A stretch of DNA of 64,000 nucleotides from NCBI GenBank assembly GCA_943788915.1, contig CALSSD010000003.1, positions 260,663-324,662 of the forward strand, written 5' to 3'. Made by a program: the position numbers and the translations under genes. The DNA is from an uncultured Acidimicrobiales bacterium (GTDB taxonomy: Bacteria > Actinomycetota > Acidimicrobiia > Acidimicrobiales > UBA10347). Position 1 is the stretch's first letter. Every line of letters starts with the position of its first letter. The notes below the pieces were generated by a model. It worked only from the letters and a program-made list of their open reading frames with translations. It was not told where the DNA came from and made no database searches. Shown in pieces: positions 29,554 through 40,060 of this stretch.

Positions 29554-30845
29554 GCCGGGTTTGCTGCGAGTGCTCCGAACAAGATGTCGACGAAGCGGCG
29601 GATCTCACCGAATGTGTTGAACAGTGGAGCAGGAGCCACCCGGATCACGTTCGGGTAGCGCCAATCACAGAAAACGCCCGCAGCTTCGATTGCATCGAAC
29701 ACCGCCTTGCCGTCGATGTCATCGGGAAGAATCTCCAGTGACAGCTGGCAGCCTCGCTGGGCCGGGTCACGAGGGGTCAGGGTGCCGACGACCCCCGGCA
29801 GCAACTCGTCGAGCAGGTACAACAGGTAGGCGGTCTGCTTCTCGGATTTGGCCCGCATTGCGGCGATCCCGCCGGCCTCGTCGACGATCTCTAGCGAGGC
29901 CCGCATGGCCGCGTTGGTCAGTGCCGTGCCGTTACTGATCTGCCACGACTCGGCCGTGGGGATGGGGTCGAACTCATTGACCATTTCGAAACGCGTATCT
30001 CGGCGAGTGCCCCACCAGCCCAGAAACTTCGGCAGCGACTGATCATTGACATGGCGTTCATGCACATAGATGCCGCTCACGCCGCCCGGGCTTGCATTCA
30101 GGTACTTGTAGGAGCACCAGGTAGCGAAGTCGACATCGTCGTCGTGCATGGACAACTCGATGTTGCCAACCGCGTGTGCAAGATCGATGCCGACCGTTGC
30201 GCCAACTCGATGCCCAGCGGCAGCGATGTCGGCCATCGGCAGCACCTGACCGGTGTAGTACTGCACACCTGGCAGAAGCACGGTCGCCAACTCATCGCCA
30301 CAGGATTCGATTGCATGGATGATGTCTTCGGGATGCAGTAGTTCTTCGCCGTCGCGAGGCGACACGGTGACAAGCGAGGTTGCTGGGTCAAACCCACGTT
30401 GGCGAATCTGGCTCTCAACCGCGAAATGGTCCGATGGAAAGGCATGTTCTTCGATCAAGATCTTGTGCCGATCCGGTGTGGGCCGGTAGAAGCTGACGAG
30501 CAACAAGTGCAGATTGACGCTGAGCGCGTTCATCACCGTGACTTCATTCGGCTGAGCACCGACAACCCGAGCCATCGAGTCCTCGACCGTACGGTGATAA
30601 TCGGCCCAACCGGGGTCACCGGTGAAATGACCCTTGACGCCGAGTGTCGACCACCGATCGAGCTCGCCGACCACGTAGTCGCGAGCCTTCTTGGGCATGG
30701 GGCCGAGCGAGTTGCCGACGAAGTAAATCGAGTCGGCAGCTCCTTCGGGCGGCGGTGGAAGTTCGAAACGGTTGCGCATCTCCGCAAGCGGATCCGCAGC
30801 ATCGAGTTCGGCGGCTTGGGCGGGATCGGTAGACCACTCAGACAT
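29550..30845 (-). CDS. kynU: Kynureninase
   Basis: GNSLG, FPSD, DLAHAVGN, WCSYKYLN, GWWG, RGCQLS. Confidence 0.95.
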   Translation of the reverse strand: MSEWSTDPAQAAELDAADPLAEMRNRFELPPPPEGAADSIYFVGNSLGPMPKKARDYVVGELDRWSTLGVKGHFTGDPGWADYHRTVEDSMARVVGAQPNEVTVMNALSVNLHLLLVSFYRPTPDRHKILIEEHAFPSDHFAVESQIRQRGFDPATSLVTVSPRDGEELLHPEDIIHAIESCGDELATVLLPGVQYYTGQVLPMADIAAAGHRVGATVGIDLAHAVGNIELSMHDDDVDFATWCSYKYLNASPGGVSGIYVHERHVNDQSLPKFLGWWGTRRDTRFEMVNEFDPIPTAESWQISNGTALTNAAMRASLEIVDEAGGIAAMRAKSEKQTAYLLYLLDELLPGVVGTLTPRDPAQRGCQLSLEILPDDIDGKAVFDAIEAAGVFCDWRYPNVIRVAPAPLFNTFGEIRRFVDILFGALAANPA

Positions 30846-31041
30846 GAGCCCAGGTTACGCGACCGTCGACCAGCTGCGCCGGTCCGAACCTGCATGTCTA
30901 TGACCGACCCAATCAGACCCAATCAGATGGGCCGCACGTTGGCGCTGACATAGTTCTGTGGCAATTCACCTCTCGTGTTGCAAACCCGACCCGCATGGTC
31001 GACAATGACGACTTCATTTACAACACATATGTGGAGCAACC

Positions 31042-32343
31042 ATGACGCAAGGTTTTGAAACCCGTCAGATACACGCTGGGCAGGTGCCCGACTCAGAAAC
31101 GGGTGCCCGTACGGTCCCGATCTACCAAACGACCAGTTTTGTTTTCCGAGATGCAGAACACGCAGCAAACCTGTTTGCCCTGGCCGAGATAGGCAATATC
31201 TACACCCGGATCATGAACCCGACAACCGGTGTGCTCGAAACACGCTTGTCGGATCTCGAAGGCGGTACCGCAACCGCAGTCGGCATTCCCGGCGCACTTT
31301 GTGTGGCTTCGGGCCAGGCTGCGACAACGCTGGCCATAACGAACATCTGTGATGCAGGTGATCACATCGTTACGGCTTCGTCGTTGTACGGAGGCACCTA
31401 CAACCTGTTCAACTACACACTTCCGAAGATGGGCATTGCCGTCACCTTCGTCAAGGATGCCGACGATCTGGATGAGTGGCGGGCTGCTACCCAACCCAAC
31501 ACCAAGCTGTTCTACGGCGAGACCGTAGGCAACCCGATGAACAACTGCATCGACATCGAAGGAGTCTCGACCGTCGCCCACGACGCTGGTGTTCCCTTGA
31601 TCTTGGACAACACGGTCCCATCGCCGTACCTGATCAATCCGCTCAAGTGGGGCGCCGACATCCTGATCGAGTCGACCACCAAGTTCATTGGTGGGCATGG
31701 CACATCGATCGGTGGCGTGGTCATCGACGGCGGCACGTTCGACTTCGGTGATGCCGAGAAGTTCCCTGGCATGAACAACCCCGACCCCAGTTACAACGGC
31801 ATGGCGTTCTGGCCAGCACTTGGGGCTGGCTCCTACATCATCAAGGCTCGGGTCCAGGGTCTGCGTGACCTCGGTGCCGCCATGTCACCAACCAACGCGT
31901 TCCACTTCATCCAGGGTTGTGAAACTTTGAGTTTGCGTATGGAGCGGCATTGCCAGAACGCTCAGGCTGTCGCCGAGTTCCTCGACGGTCACGACAAAGT
32001 CGAATCGGTGCAATACGCCGGTCTACCGTCGAGCCCGTGGCACGAACGTATGGCCAAGTACACCGAGGGCCGCGGCTTCTGCTCGGTGCCTGCATTCATC
32101 ATCAAGGGTGGACGCGAGGCCGGCGAGAAGTTCGTCAACGCCACCGTGCTCCACAGCCATGTGGCCAACATCGGCGACGTGCGCAGCCTGATCATCCATC
32201 CAGGTTCAACCACCCACAGCCAGCTCACTGAAGAGGAGCAGGCAGCAAGTGGTGTCGCCCCAGGACTGATCCGACTGTCGGTCGGCCTCGAGACCATCGA
32301 CGACATCATCGCCGACCTCGAACTCGGCTTCGCCGCGGTTTAG
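31042..32343 (+). CDS. metY: O-acetylhomoserine aminocarboxypropyltransferase
   Basis: PIYQTTSF, GNIYTRIMNPT, STTKFIGGHG, ANIGD, HPGSTTHSQL. Confidence 0.93.
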   Translation: MTQGFETRQIHAGQVPDSETGARTVPIYQTTSFVFRDAEHAANLFALAEIGNIYTRIMNPTTGVLETRLSDLEGGTATAVGIPGALCVASGQAATTLAITNICDAGDHIVTASSLYGGTYNLFNYTLPKMGIAVTFVKDADDLDEWRAATQPNTKLFYGETVGNPMNNCIDIEGVSTVAHDAGVPLILDNTVPSPYLINPLKWGADILIESTTKFIGGHGTSIGGVVIDGGTFDFGDAEKFPGMNNPDPSYNGMAFWPALGAGSYIIKARVQGLRDLGAAMSPTNAFHFIQGCETLSLRMERHCQNAQAVAEFLDGHDKVESVQYAGLPSSPWHERMAKYTEGRGFCSVPAFIIKGGREAGEKFVNATVLHSHVANIGDVRSLIIHPGSTTHSQLTEEEQAASGVAPGLIRLSVGLETIDDIIADLELGFAAV

Positions 32344-32779
32344 AACCGCGTTTCACCGCTCCGCTCGGGCCGACGTTCGTCGGACATGGCTGCAGGCGGT
32401 TTGGCGTCGGCTCGTCCCTCGCCAACCGCCCGCTCCTCCGTCGCTCCGACCGGGTTTCACCGTGCGGCATCCGGGACCGTCAACCGGCAGAACTCGGACA
32501 GCATCCACGAGCGCAGCGAGTGAATGCGAACTACCCCCGCTCGGGCCGACGTTCGCCGGACATGACTGCAGGCGGTTTGGCGTCGGCTCGTCCCTCGCCA
32601 ACCGCCCGCTCCTCCGTCGCTCCGACCGGGTTTCACCGTGCGGCATCCGGGACCGTCAACCGGCAGAACTCAGACAGCATCCACGAGCGCAGCGAGTGAA
32701 TGCGAACTACCCCCGCTCGGGCCGACGTTCGCCGGACATGACTGCAGGCGTTTTGGCGTCGGCTCGTCCCTCGCCAACC
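32341..32779. repeat. Structured intergenic tandem repeat, 176-bp period, about 2.4 copies
   Basis: Near-identical units begin at 32361, 32537 and 32713 (CCGCTCGGGCCGACGTTCG...). Confidence 0.93.
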
Positions 32780-32931
32780 ACTCCGGCTGGATAATCGCTG
32801 TTGAAGGCGTCACCTCGGGTGGCGCCTTTGACGTTTTTGCCGAGCGATCGCGGCGTCGTCACACGGGCCACTTAACGTTTTGTTCAATCTTTTGAACGCT
32901 GGCCCGACAGACCTACTAGATTCGGCAACGG

Positions 32932-34083
32932 ATGAAACGGCTACTGGGGGTTAGCGTTCCGCTCGGAGCGGCATTAGTTGCATTTGTGCTTGGCTCCCTC
33001 ATGATCCTTGCCCTGGGCGAGAATCCGATCAGCGGTGCGAGCGCAATTATCGAAGGAGCGTTCGGTTCGGGCGACCGTGTGGCGGTCACCGCAGTACGGG
33101 CGACCCCACTCCTCCTGGTCGGCATCGGTATCACTATTGCCTTCCGCGCCAGTGTGATCAACATCGGCGGCGAAGGGCAGATCATCGCCGGTGCATTGCT
33201 CTCCACCGCGGTGGCCCTCGCAATTCCTGACACACCCCGCGCTTTGCTACTGCCGATCGTCATGATCGCTGGCATGATCGGTGGCGGCATCTGGGGCGCT
33301 ATTCCCGGCGCACTCAAGGCGTATGCGTCGGTCAACGAAATCCTGAGCACCGTGATGCTCAACATCGTGGCCGTCCAGCTGATGAACTTCTTGCTGCGCG
33401 GCCCAATGATCGACCCCATTGAGAAGACCGGGTCTCGTATCCCTCAGACCGAACGACTGAGCGATAATGCGGCCATGCCGTCGCTGGCCGAAGGGACCCG
33501 GCTCCATCTGGGTGTCGTGATTGCTGTGGTCGCTGCGATCGTCGTGTACATCATCTTGTGGCGCACACCCCTTGGATTCCGGCTGCGAGCCGTGGGACAC
33601 AACCCCGATGCCGCCCGAGCTGCTGGCATCTCGGTCGAAAAGAACATCACCACCGCAATGGCGATGAGCGGAGCTCTCTCGGGACTTGCTGGTGTCATGC
33701 TGGTGTTTGGTAGCGAAAGCCTGCGCATGGTCACCGACGGCGGCGCAGCTGGATTCACCGGGTCGGCAGGGTTCAACGGCATCGTCGCCGCTTTGTTCGG
33801 TGGGCTTCATCCACTATGGACAGTCCCATCATCGTTCCTCTTCGGCGCACTGCTCACCGGCGCCACCAAGCTGCAACAGGCATTGCAGATCCCGGCTGCG
33901 CTTGCGGTAGCGCTCAATGGTCTCATCGTGCTGTTCGTGGTGAGTAGCGATCGGCTACGAAGCTGGCTCGAGCGCCGACTCAACCAAGGGGCATTCGCCA
34001 CCGAGACCGCCGAACTTCGAGAATCGAACGACGACCGGGTCGATGAGCAGCAGAACTCGACCACCCAGGACACCATCCGATGA
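32932..34083 (+). CDS. ABC transporter permease (nucleoside/sugar type)
   Basis: NIGGEGQ, NEILSTVMLN, LRAVGHNPDAA. Confidence 0.9.
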   Translation: MKRLLGVSVPLGAALVAFVLGSLMILALGENPISGASAIIEGAFGSGDRVAVTAVRATPLLLVGIGITIAFRASVINIGGEGQIIAGALLSTAVALAIPDTPRALLLPIVMIAGMIGGGIWGAIPGALKAYASVNEILSTVMLNIVAVQLMNFLLRGPMIDPIEKTGSRIPQTERLSDNAAMPSLAEGTRLHLGVVIAVVAAIVVYIILWRTPLGFRLRAVGHNPDAARAAGISVEKNITTAMAMSGALSGLAGVMLVFGSESLRMVTDGGAAGFTGSAGFNGIVAALFGGLHPLWTVPSSFLFGALLTGATKLQQALQIPAALAVALNGLIVLFVVSSDRLRSWLERRLNQGAFATETAELRESNDDRVDEQQNSTTQDTIR

Positions 34084-35033
34084 GTGAGTTCTTCACCTTG
34101 TCGGTGCTGATTGCGACCTTCGCTTCTGCGGTGCGGTTTGCCGTCCCCTACCTTCTGGCAGCGCTTGGTGAAACGATTGGACAGCGCAGCGGCGTGCTCA
34201 ACCTGGGCGTCGACGGCGTTATGTTGCTCAGCGCATTCGGCGCCTATTACACGGTTGTAGAAACCGGAAGCCACCTGTTCGGGATCGGCGTCGGCTTGCT
34301 CATCGGCTTGTTCATGGGTCTCGTGTACGCGGTCGTCACCGTGAATTTGCACGCTCAGCAAGGCATCAGCGGCATCGGAATCTTCTTGTTCGGTCTGGGG
34401 TTCAGCGACCTGTTATCGCAAGAACTCGTCGGAGCGATCCAGCCGATCCGCAAGCTGCCTTCGCTGGCCAAACTTCCACTGGTCGGCGGCATCTTCGAAC
34501 CGCTCGAAGACATCAAATACCTGGGCGAACTGTTGTTCAGCCACAACCTGATGACCTATATCGCCTTCGCACTGGTGCCGCTCGTCACCTGGATGATGAA
34601 CAACACCACGTTCGGTCTCAACATCAAGGCCGTGGGCGAGAACCCACAAGCCGCTGACAGCCTGGGCGTATCGGTCGAACGCACTCGGTTCTTCGCCATC
34701 CTGATCGGCAACACTCTCGCTGGACTCGCCGGCGCAACCCTGTCGCTCCAGCTCGGTGTGTTCCAACAGAACCTCACCAATGGGCTTGGTTTCATTGCTG
34801 TCGCGCTCGTCTACTTCGGAGCGTGGCGGGCCAAGTGGGTTATGGCGGGAGCCATGCTCTACGGCATCGTGACTGCTACTCGGCTGCAATGGCAGGCTCG
34901 CGACATCATCCCGAACTCTGCCTCTGACATTGCTGCCATGGCTCCCGCACTCATCACGATTCTGGCACTCGTACTCCTCGCCAAACGAGTACGCGGACCA
35001 GCGGCGCTCACGAAACCATTCTCACGACACTGA
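34080..35033 (+). CDS. ABC transporter permease (nucleoside/sugar type)
   Basis: RSGVLNLGVDG, AVGENPQAA, GFIAVA. Confidence 0.9.
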   Translation: MSEFFTLSVLIATFASAVRFAVPYLLAALGETIGQRSGVLNLGVDGVMLLSAFGAYYTVVETGSHLFGIGVGLLIGLFMGLVYAVVTVNLHAQQGISGIGIFLFGLGFSDLLSQELVGAIQPIRKLPSLAKLPLVGGIFEPLEDIKYLGELLFSHNLMTYIAFALVPLVTWMMNNTTFGLNIKAVGENPQAADSLGVSVERTRFFAILIGNTLAGLAGATLSLQLGVFQQNLTNGLGFIAVALVYFGAWRAKWVMAGAMLYGIVTATRLQWQARDIIPNSASDIAAMAPALITILALVLLAKRVRGPAALTKPFSRH

Positions 35034-35094
35034 TCACTGAAACACTTTCGAAATAATCGCAAGATAAACACTGCGAGACCCTGGGAGGGGAACT

Positions 35095-36135
35095 ATGAAC
35101 ACCACCAAATCACGCAGGCTGATGACCCTGCTCACCGCGTTACTTGCGCTGTCGATGTTCGCTGCCGCGTGTGGCGGAAGCGACGAGGCCGAGTCCGCGA
35201 CTGGTACCGCTACCAGCGAGTGCGGCACCGACAACTCGGTGACCAAGGGCGACAAGGTTACTGACCTCTCGGTTGCTGTTGTGGCACCAAGCGACTCACA
35301 GGACCTTGCGTTCACACAAAGCATGATCGATTCACTAACTCGCCTGGGCATTGAGCCGCAGGTCACCGATGGCACCTTCCAGGTCGAAGTCGCCGCCGAT
35401 GCTATTCGAAGTTATGCCGCCGATGGCATCGAAGTCGTGATCGTGCACGGCACCCAGTACGGCGGCTCGCTGGCCGAGATCGCGCCTGACTTCCCCGAGA
35501 CCTCGTTTATCTGGGGCACCTCAACAAGCACGAACGACATTCCGAACGTCTTCGCCTACTACCCCGAGGCCCAACAGGGCGGCTACGTCAACGGCTGGAT
35601 CGCTGGCGAACTCGCCGATGGCGGTTCAATCGGTGTGGTTGGACCGGTCGAAGCTGGCGACGCGGTTGCCTACATCAATGGCTTCAAAGCTGGTGCAGAA
35701 GCAAACGGTGCCGGCAACGTAGCCGTGACCTACACCGGTTCGTTCTCTGACGTTGCGCTCGCAACCGAAGCGGCCGAGGCGTTCTTGACCACCGGCGTCG
35801 ATGTGCTGACCGGCACGTCACAGTCAACGGTTGGCGCCGTGAACGTGGCCGCCGAGAACGACATCCCTTGGTTCGGCACCCAGTCGAACCAAGAGGCATG
35901 GTCAACCGACCAGGTCGTTGCATCGCAGGTCTACCACTGGGAAGTCATCCTCGACGACATGTTCGAGATGATCGAAGAAGGCACCCTCGGCGGCGAAGCA
36001 ATGTCGCTGACCCTCGAAAACGGCGGCCTCGTTGTGGAGATCAATGGCTGCTTCGACCTAGACGGCGGTGCCGTGAGCGGTGCTGGCGACATCATCGACC
36101 AGATCATCGCTGGCGACATCACCCCACCGGCCTGA
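35095..36135 (+). CDS. BMP-family ABC substrate-binding lipoprotein
   Basis: Lipobox AAAC; DLAFTQS; GYVNGWIAG; YTGSFSD. Confidence 0.88.
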   Translation: MNTTKSRRLMTLLTALLALSMFAAACGGSDEAESATGTATSECGTDNSVTKGDKVTDLSVAVVAPSDSQDLAFTQSMIDSLTRLGIEPQVTDGTFQVEVAADAIRSYAADGIEVVIVHGTQYGGSLAEIAPDFPETSFIWGTSTSTNDIPNVFAYYPEAQQGGYVNGWIAGELADGGSIGVVGPVEAGDAVAYINGFKAGAEANGAGNVAVTYTGSFSDVALATEAAEAFLTTGVDVLTGTSQSTVGAVNVAAENDIPWFGTQSNQEAWSTDQVVASQVYHWEVILDDMFEMIEEGTLGGEAMSLTLENGGLVVEINGCFDLDGGAVSGAGDIIDQIIAGDITPPA

Positions 36136-36142
36136 TTCCAGC

Positions 36143-36175
36143 AGAGCGAACGTGTATCAGGTACACGTTCGCTCT
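36143..36175. other. Intercistronic hairpin (14-bp perfect stem)
   Basis: AGAGCGAACGTGTA-TCAGG-TACACGTTCGCTCT. Confidence 0.8.
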
Positions 36176-36213
36176 ACGGATCCCGAATAGCTGGCAGCAA
36201 GCAGGAAAATTTC

Positions 36214-37725
36214 ATGACGACTCCCCTTCTGGCGATGCACAACATCACCAAGCGTTTTCCCGGTGTGCTCGCGAACGACAATGTGTCGTTCGACGTGCTC
36301 CCAGGCGAAGTGCACACATTGTTGGGCGAGAACGGTGCTGGCAAAAGCACACTCATGAAGATCCTGTTCGGGCTGTACCTGCCCGACGAAGGTGAGATCT
36401 TGCTGCGGGGCGAAACCGCGGCGATCTCATCACCAACCAGTGCCATCGAACAACATGTGGGGATGGTGCATCAGCACTTCATGCTGGTGCCCACCCTCAC
36501 CGTTGCCGAAAACGTGGCACTTGGTTTGCCATCGAGCAGGGGAATGCGAACCGACCTCGAAGCGGTCTCGAACCGCATCGTCGAGATTTCGGAGCGATAC
36601 GGCCTAGCAGTCGACCCAGCCATCGAAATCTGGAAGTTGTCCGTTGGTGAACGCCAACGGGTCGAGATCATCAAGGCGCTCTATCGCGATGCGGAACTTC
36701 TTGTACTCGACGAGCCAACGGCAGTGCTGACACCCCAGGAGGTCGACGATCTCTTTGTGATCCTGCGCAAGATGACGGCCGAAGGCACCGGGATTGTCTT
36801 CATCAGCCACAAGCTGCACGAAGTCCTTGAACTCAGCGACCGAATCACGGTGCTGCGCAATGGGCGTGTTACTGGCAACACCACCCCGGCTGAAGCGAAC
36901 CGGCAACAGCTTGCCGAGATGATGGTCGGACGCGAGGTCAAGCTCGCTCCCGACAAGCCGGCACTGGACCGGGGCGAAGCCCGGCTAAAGCTCACCAACG
37001 TTCATGTAATGGGCGACCGCGACACCATGGCAGTAAACGGGGTCGACCTGACTGTCTATGGCGGCGAGATCGTCGGTATCGCCGGTGTCTCTGGCAACGG
37101 CCAGCGTGAACTTGCCGAAACGATTGCTGGTCTTCGGCCTGCCGAGGCTGGTTCCTCGGTCTCGATCGACGAGGTTGATATCACCCGAGCGAACCCGGCA
37201 GCCACACGTGGTGCGGGGCTCAGTTACGTGCCCGAAGAACGTATGAAAGATGGCGCTATTGGTGACTTTGATATCACCGAGAACCTACTGCTCGTAAACC
37301 ACGGCGAGAAACGTTTTAGTCGTGGCGGGCTCTTCAACTTCGAGGCCATCAAGAAACACTGCCAGCGGCTCGTTGATGACTTCGCAGTGAAGACGCCGTC
37401 GTTGTCGACCCCGACGAGCAGCCTGTCTGGCGGGAACATCCAGAAGGTCATCATGGCCCGAGAGCTCGACAGCAATCCCAAGGTGGTTCTTGCGGCTCAG
37501 CCCACCCGTGGCGTAGACATTGGCGCCGCCGAGTACATCCACTCACAACTCATTGCCCAACGCACCGCTGGCTGCGCGATCGTGATGATCTCCGAGGACC
37601 TCGACGAGATCCTCGGGCTCGCCGACCGCATCGCGGTGATGTTCGAAGGCAAGATCGTGACCTTCGTCGACCGGGCCGACGCAACCAAGGAACAACTCGG
37701 CCTGGCAATGGCCGGCGCTGGGTAG
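36214..37725 (+). CDS. ABC transporter ATP-binding protein (two ABC domains)
   Basis: GENGAGKST, LDEPT, LSGGNIQK. Confidence 0.95.
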   Translation: MTTPLLAMHNITKRFPGVLANDNVSFDVLPGEVHTLLGENGAGKSTLMKILFGLYLPDEGEILLRGETAAISSPTSAIEQHVGMVHQHFMLVPTLTVAENVALGLPSSRGMRTDLEAVSNRIVEISERYGLAVDPAIEIWKLSVGERQRVEIIKALYRDAELLVLDEPTAVLTPQEVDDLFVILRKMTAEGTGIVFISHKLHEVLELSDRITVLRNGRVTGNTTPAEANRQQLAEMMVGREVKLAPDKPALDRGEARLKLTNVHVMGDRDTMAVNGVDLTVYGGEIVGIAGVSGNGQRELAETIAGLRPAEAGSSVSIDEVDITRANPAATRGAGLSYVPEERMKDGAIGDFDITENLLLVNHGEKRFSRGGLFNFEAIKKHCQRLVDDFAVKTPSLSTPTSSLSGGNIQKVIMARELDSNPKVVLAAQPTRGVDIGAAEYIHSQLIAQRTAGCAIVMISEDLDEILGLADRIAVMFEGKIVTFVDRADATKEQLGLAMAGAG

Positions 37726-37821
37726 GACCGCGTTGCACCGCTCCGCTTTCCGGGACCGTCGACCAGTACGGCTCTGACAGCATTCGCGAGCGCAGCGAGT
37801 GAATGCGAACTACCCCCACTC
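37723..37821. repeat. Dispersed shorter relative of the 32.3-kb repeat
   Basis: Shares TAG-RACCGCGTTKCACCGCTCCGCT, CCGGGACCGTC and GAGCGCAGCGAGTGAATGCGAACTACCCCC. Confidence 0.88.
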
Positions 37822-38499
37822 CTATCCAGGTGGTGTGGCGGAACCTGGTTGGACGATGCCGCTTTCGTAGGCCATGACCACGGCCTGGACCCGGTCACGC
37901 ACGCCAAGTTTGGTAAGTAGTCGACTGACGTGGGTCTTGGCGGTTGCCTCGCCCACGAACATTTCGGCAGCGATCTCGCGGTTGCTCATACCCCGTGCGA
38001 GTAGCTGGAGCGCCTCGTGTTCACGGTCGGTGAGTTCAGCTGGCAAGGAAACCAGTCGGTCTGTGGGCTTAGGACTCTTCGCGAACTCTTCGATGAGCCG
38101 CTTCGTGACCGACGGCGCCAGCAGCGCATTACCTTCGGCGATAATCCGCACGGCGTCGGCGAGTTCTTTCGCTGGGGTGTCCTTCAGTAAGAAGCCACTC
38201 GCCCCGGCGCGCACCGCTGAATAGACGTACTCATCGAGGTCGAAGGTTGTGAGCATCAACACCTTGGTGGTGATCGTCGGGTCCTCACAGATGATCCGGG
38301 TTGCCTCGATCCCATCCATCCGTGGCATCCGAACGTCCATAAGGGCGACGTCGGCATTGGTCTTGCGGCAGAGCTCAATGCCGGCCTGGCCATCTTCAGC
38401 GTCGCCCACCACGTGCAGGTCTTCTTGCGCGTTCAGGATCATGGTGAAGCCGTCTCGCATCAGAGCTTGGTCATCGATGACTGCGATACTGATGGTCAT
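37822..38499 (-). CDS. NarL/LuxR response regulator
   Basis: DD, LMDVRMP, LTTFD, GFLLK, LTDRE, KTHV. Confidence 0.95.
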   Translation of the reverse strand: MTISIAVIDDQALMRDGFTMILNAQEDLHVVGDAEDGQAGIELCRKTNADVALMDVRMPRMDGIEATRIICEDPTITTKVLMLTTFDLDEYVYSAVRAGASGFLLKDTPAKELADAVRIIAEGNALLAPSVTKRLIEEFAKSPKPTDRLVSLPAELTDREHEALQLLARGMSNREIAAEMFVGEATAKTHVSRLLTKLGVRDRVQAVVMAYESGIVQPGSATPPG

Positions 38500-39809
38500 T
38501 GTGCTCGACCCGTCGTTACGGACTCGGCAGACACCGGAGCTGCAGTCCCTGACGCTGCGGAAACAACACGAAGGCGGCTCGAGCTGTTGTCCAATGGGAT
38601 CACGGCCTTCACTGCATAACCGCCACCCAGCTGTGGACCGGTGGTGAGCTGTCCGTCGTAGAGCTCGACCCGTTCCCTCATGCCGTGTAATCCATTACCG
38701 CTCGATGGCTCGCCGAATCCGGCAATCAAACCTCGTCCGGTGTCGGTGACGGTGACGAGAAGTGCCGTGGGCTGATAACTCAACTCAACGGACGCCGTTG
38801 CCATCTTCCCACCGTGTTTCAGCACATTGGTGAGGGCTTCTTGCACGATACGGAACACGGTCAGTTCAAGCCCGGCCGACAGTGGGCGCTCGTCGCCGAT
38901 CACCGCGAACTCCGTCTCAAGCCCCGCCTCTCGACAATGCGCAATCGTGGCTTCGAGGTCGGCGAGCGATGGTTGCGGCGCACGCGCACCTAGCTCGCCA
39001 TCTGCTGCGGCGTCGCGGTTGCGCAACACCCCCAGCATGCGCCGCATCTCGTTCAACGCTTCGCGTCCCGTCGTCTCGATGCTTTTCATCAGTTCAACTG
39101 CACGATCTGGATCCGTACCCGCAATTTCTTGTGCTGCGGCGGCTTGGACCGAGATCACACTCATCCCGTGGGCGACAACGTCGTGCATCTCACGGGCGAT
39201 ACGGAGCCGTTCCTCGGTAACGGCACGTTCGGTTGCGACAAGGCGCTCTGCTTCGGCTCGTTCTGCACGAGCCTCGGCTTTCATGAAGATCTGCTCGCGA
39301 TTACGCATCACCACACCAACGAACATGGCCAAGCAGATGGATGTGGTCATCGATGCACCACCGGAGTAGTCGAAGCCATCCGGATCTTCGAGCAAGGTAA
39401 CGCTTGCAACGGTCGTAAGCCCGGCTGCTGCACCGATGAGGACAACCCAGGCGCGTCGCCGATTGTCGGAGTTGGCCGCGGTTGAATAGAACCCAATCAG
39501 CCCAATAACAGACAGAAACGACCCGTAGTCACGGAAGTAGAAGCCGACCAACACCACAGTGAGGGCAACCAGTGAGGCAGCTGGATTCTGGCGCCGTCGG
39601 AGAAGCGTGGCCGCAGCCAACGCAATCAACCCGACCCCGAGCACATCAAGATCGCGGGCAACACCTGGTTCACCGCTGGCGAAAGCGTCGGCCACTTCCA
39701 CCACAAACAGGATCAGGACAAAACCACACTCCAACCAGAACGGCCGGTCACGAGCCCATTGCTGGGCCCTGTTCGCCGCCTGGATAAGGCTGTCAGCTCC
39801 CACGGTCAT
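38496..39809 (-). CDS. Sensor histidine kinase (HisKA_3)
   Basis: TM segments; IAREMHDVVAH; QEALTNVLKH; GLHGMRER. Confidence 0.95.
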   Translation of the reverse strand: MTVGADSLIQAANRAQQWARDRPFWLECGFVLILFVVEVADAFASGEPGVARDLDVLGVGLIALAAATLLRRRQNPAASLVALTVVLVGFYFRDYGSFLSVIGLIGFYSTAANSDNRRRAWVVLIGAAAGLTTVASVTLLEDPDGFDYSGGASMTTSICLAMFVGVVMRNREQIFMKAEARAERAEAERLVATERAVTEERLRIAREMHDVVAHGMSVISVQAAAAQEIAGTDPDRAVELMKSIETTGREALNEMRRMLGVLRNRDAAADGELGARAPQPSLADLEATIAHCREAGLETEFAVIGDERPLSAGLELTVFRIVQEALTNVLKHGGKMATASVELSYQPTALLVTVTDTGRGLIAGFGEPSSGNGLHGMRERVELYDGQLTTGPQLGGGYAVKAVIPLDNSSSRLRVVSAASGTAAPVSAESVTTGRAQ

Positions 39810-40060
39810 GCACCCGAGAGTACTTGCCTCGCCTACTCACATGTACCGCCATCCGGTGAAGGCCGTTCCGCCAAAGGGATGAATTGTTCGGCTCAGGGCC
39901 GGTCCGAGCGGTCGGAGACACGGCGGTTCCGGCAAAGGGATGACACGCGCCAACGCAGGCTCCACCGAAATTGGGACACCGAATCACGACTTCGCCGGAC
40001 GACCCCCTCGCTGCGATTCCGTACCTTCGAAACATCACCTCTAGCGGAAAGCAACGCACC

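Noticed and set aside
30846..31041. SAM riboswitch upstream of metY
   Set aside because: No recognisable SAM-I/IV core; only a 10-bp direct repeat GACCCAATCA. An Rfam scan would settle it.
32341..32779. Possible CRISPR array
   Set aside because: Whole 176-bp units repeat with no unique spacers, and no cas genes are nearby.
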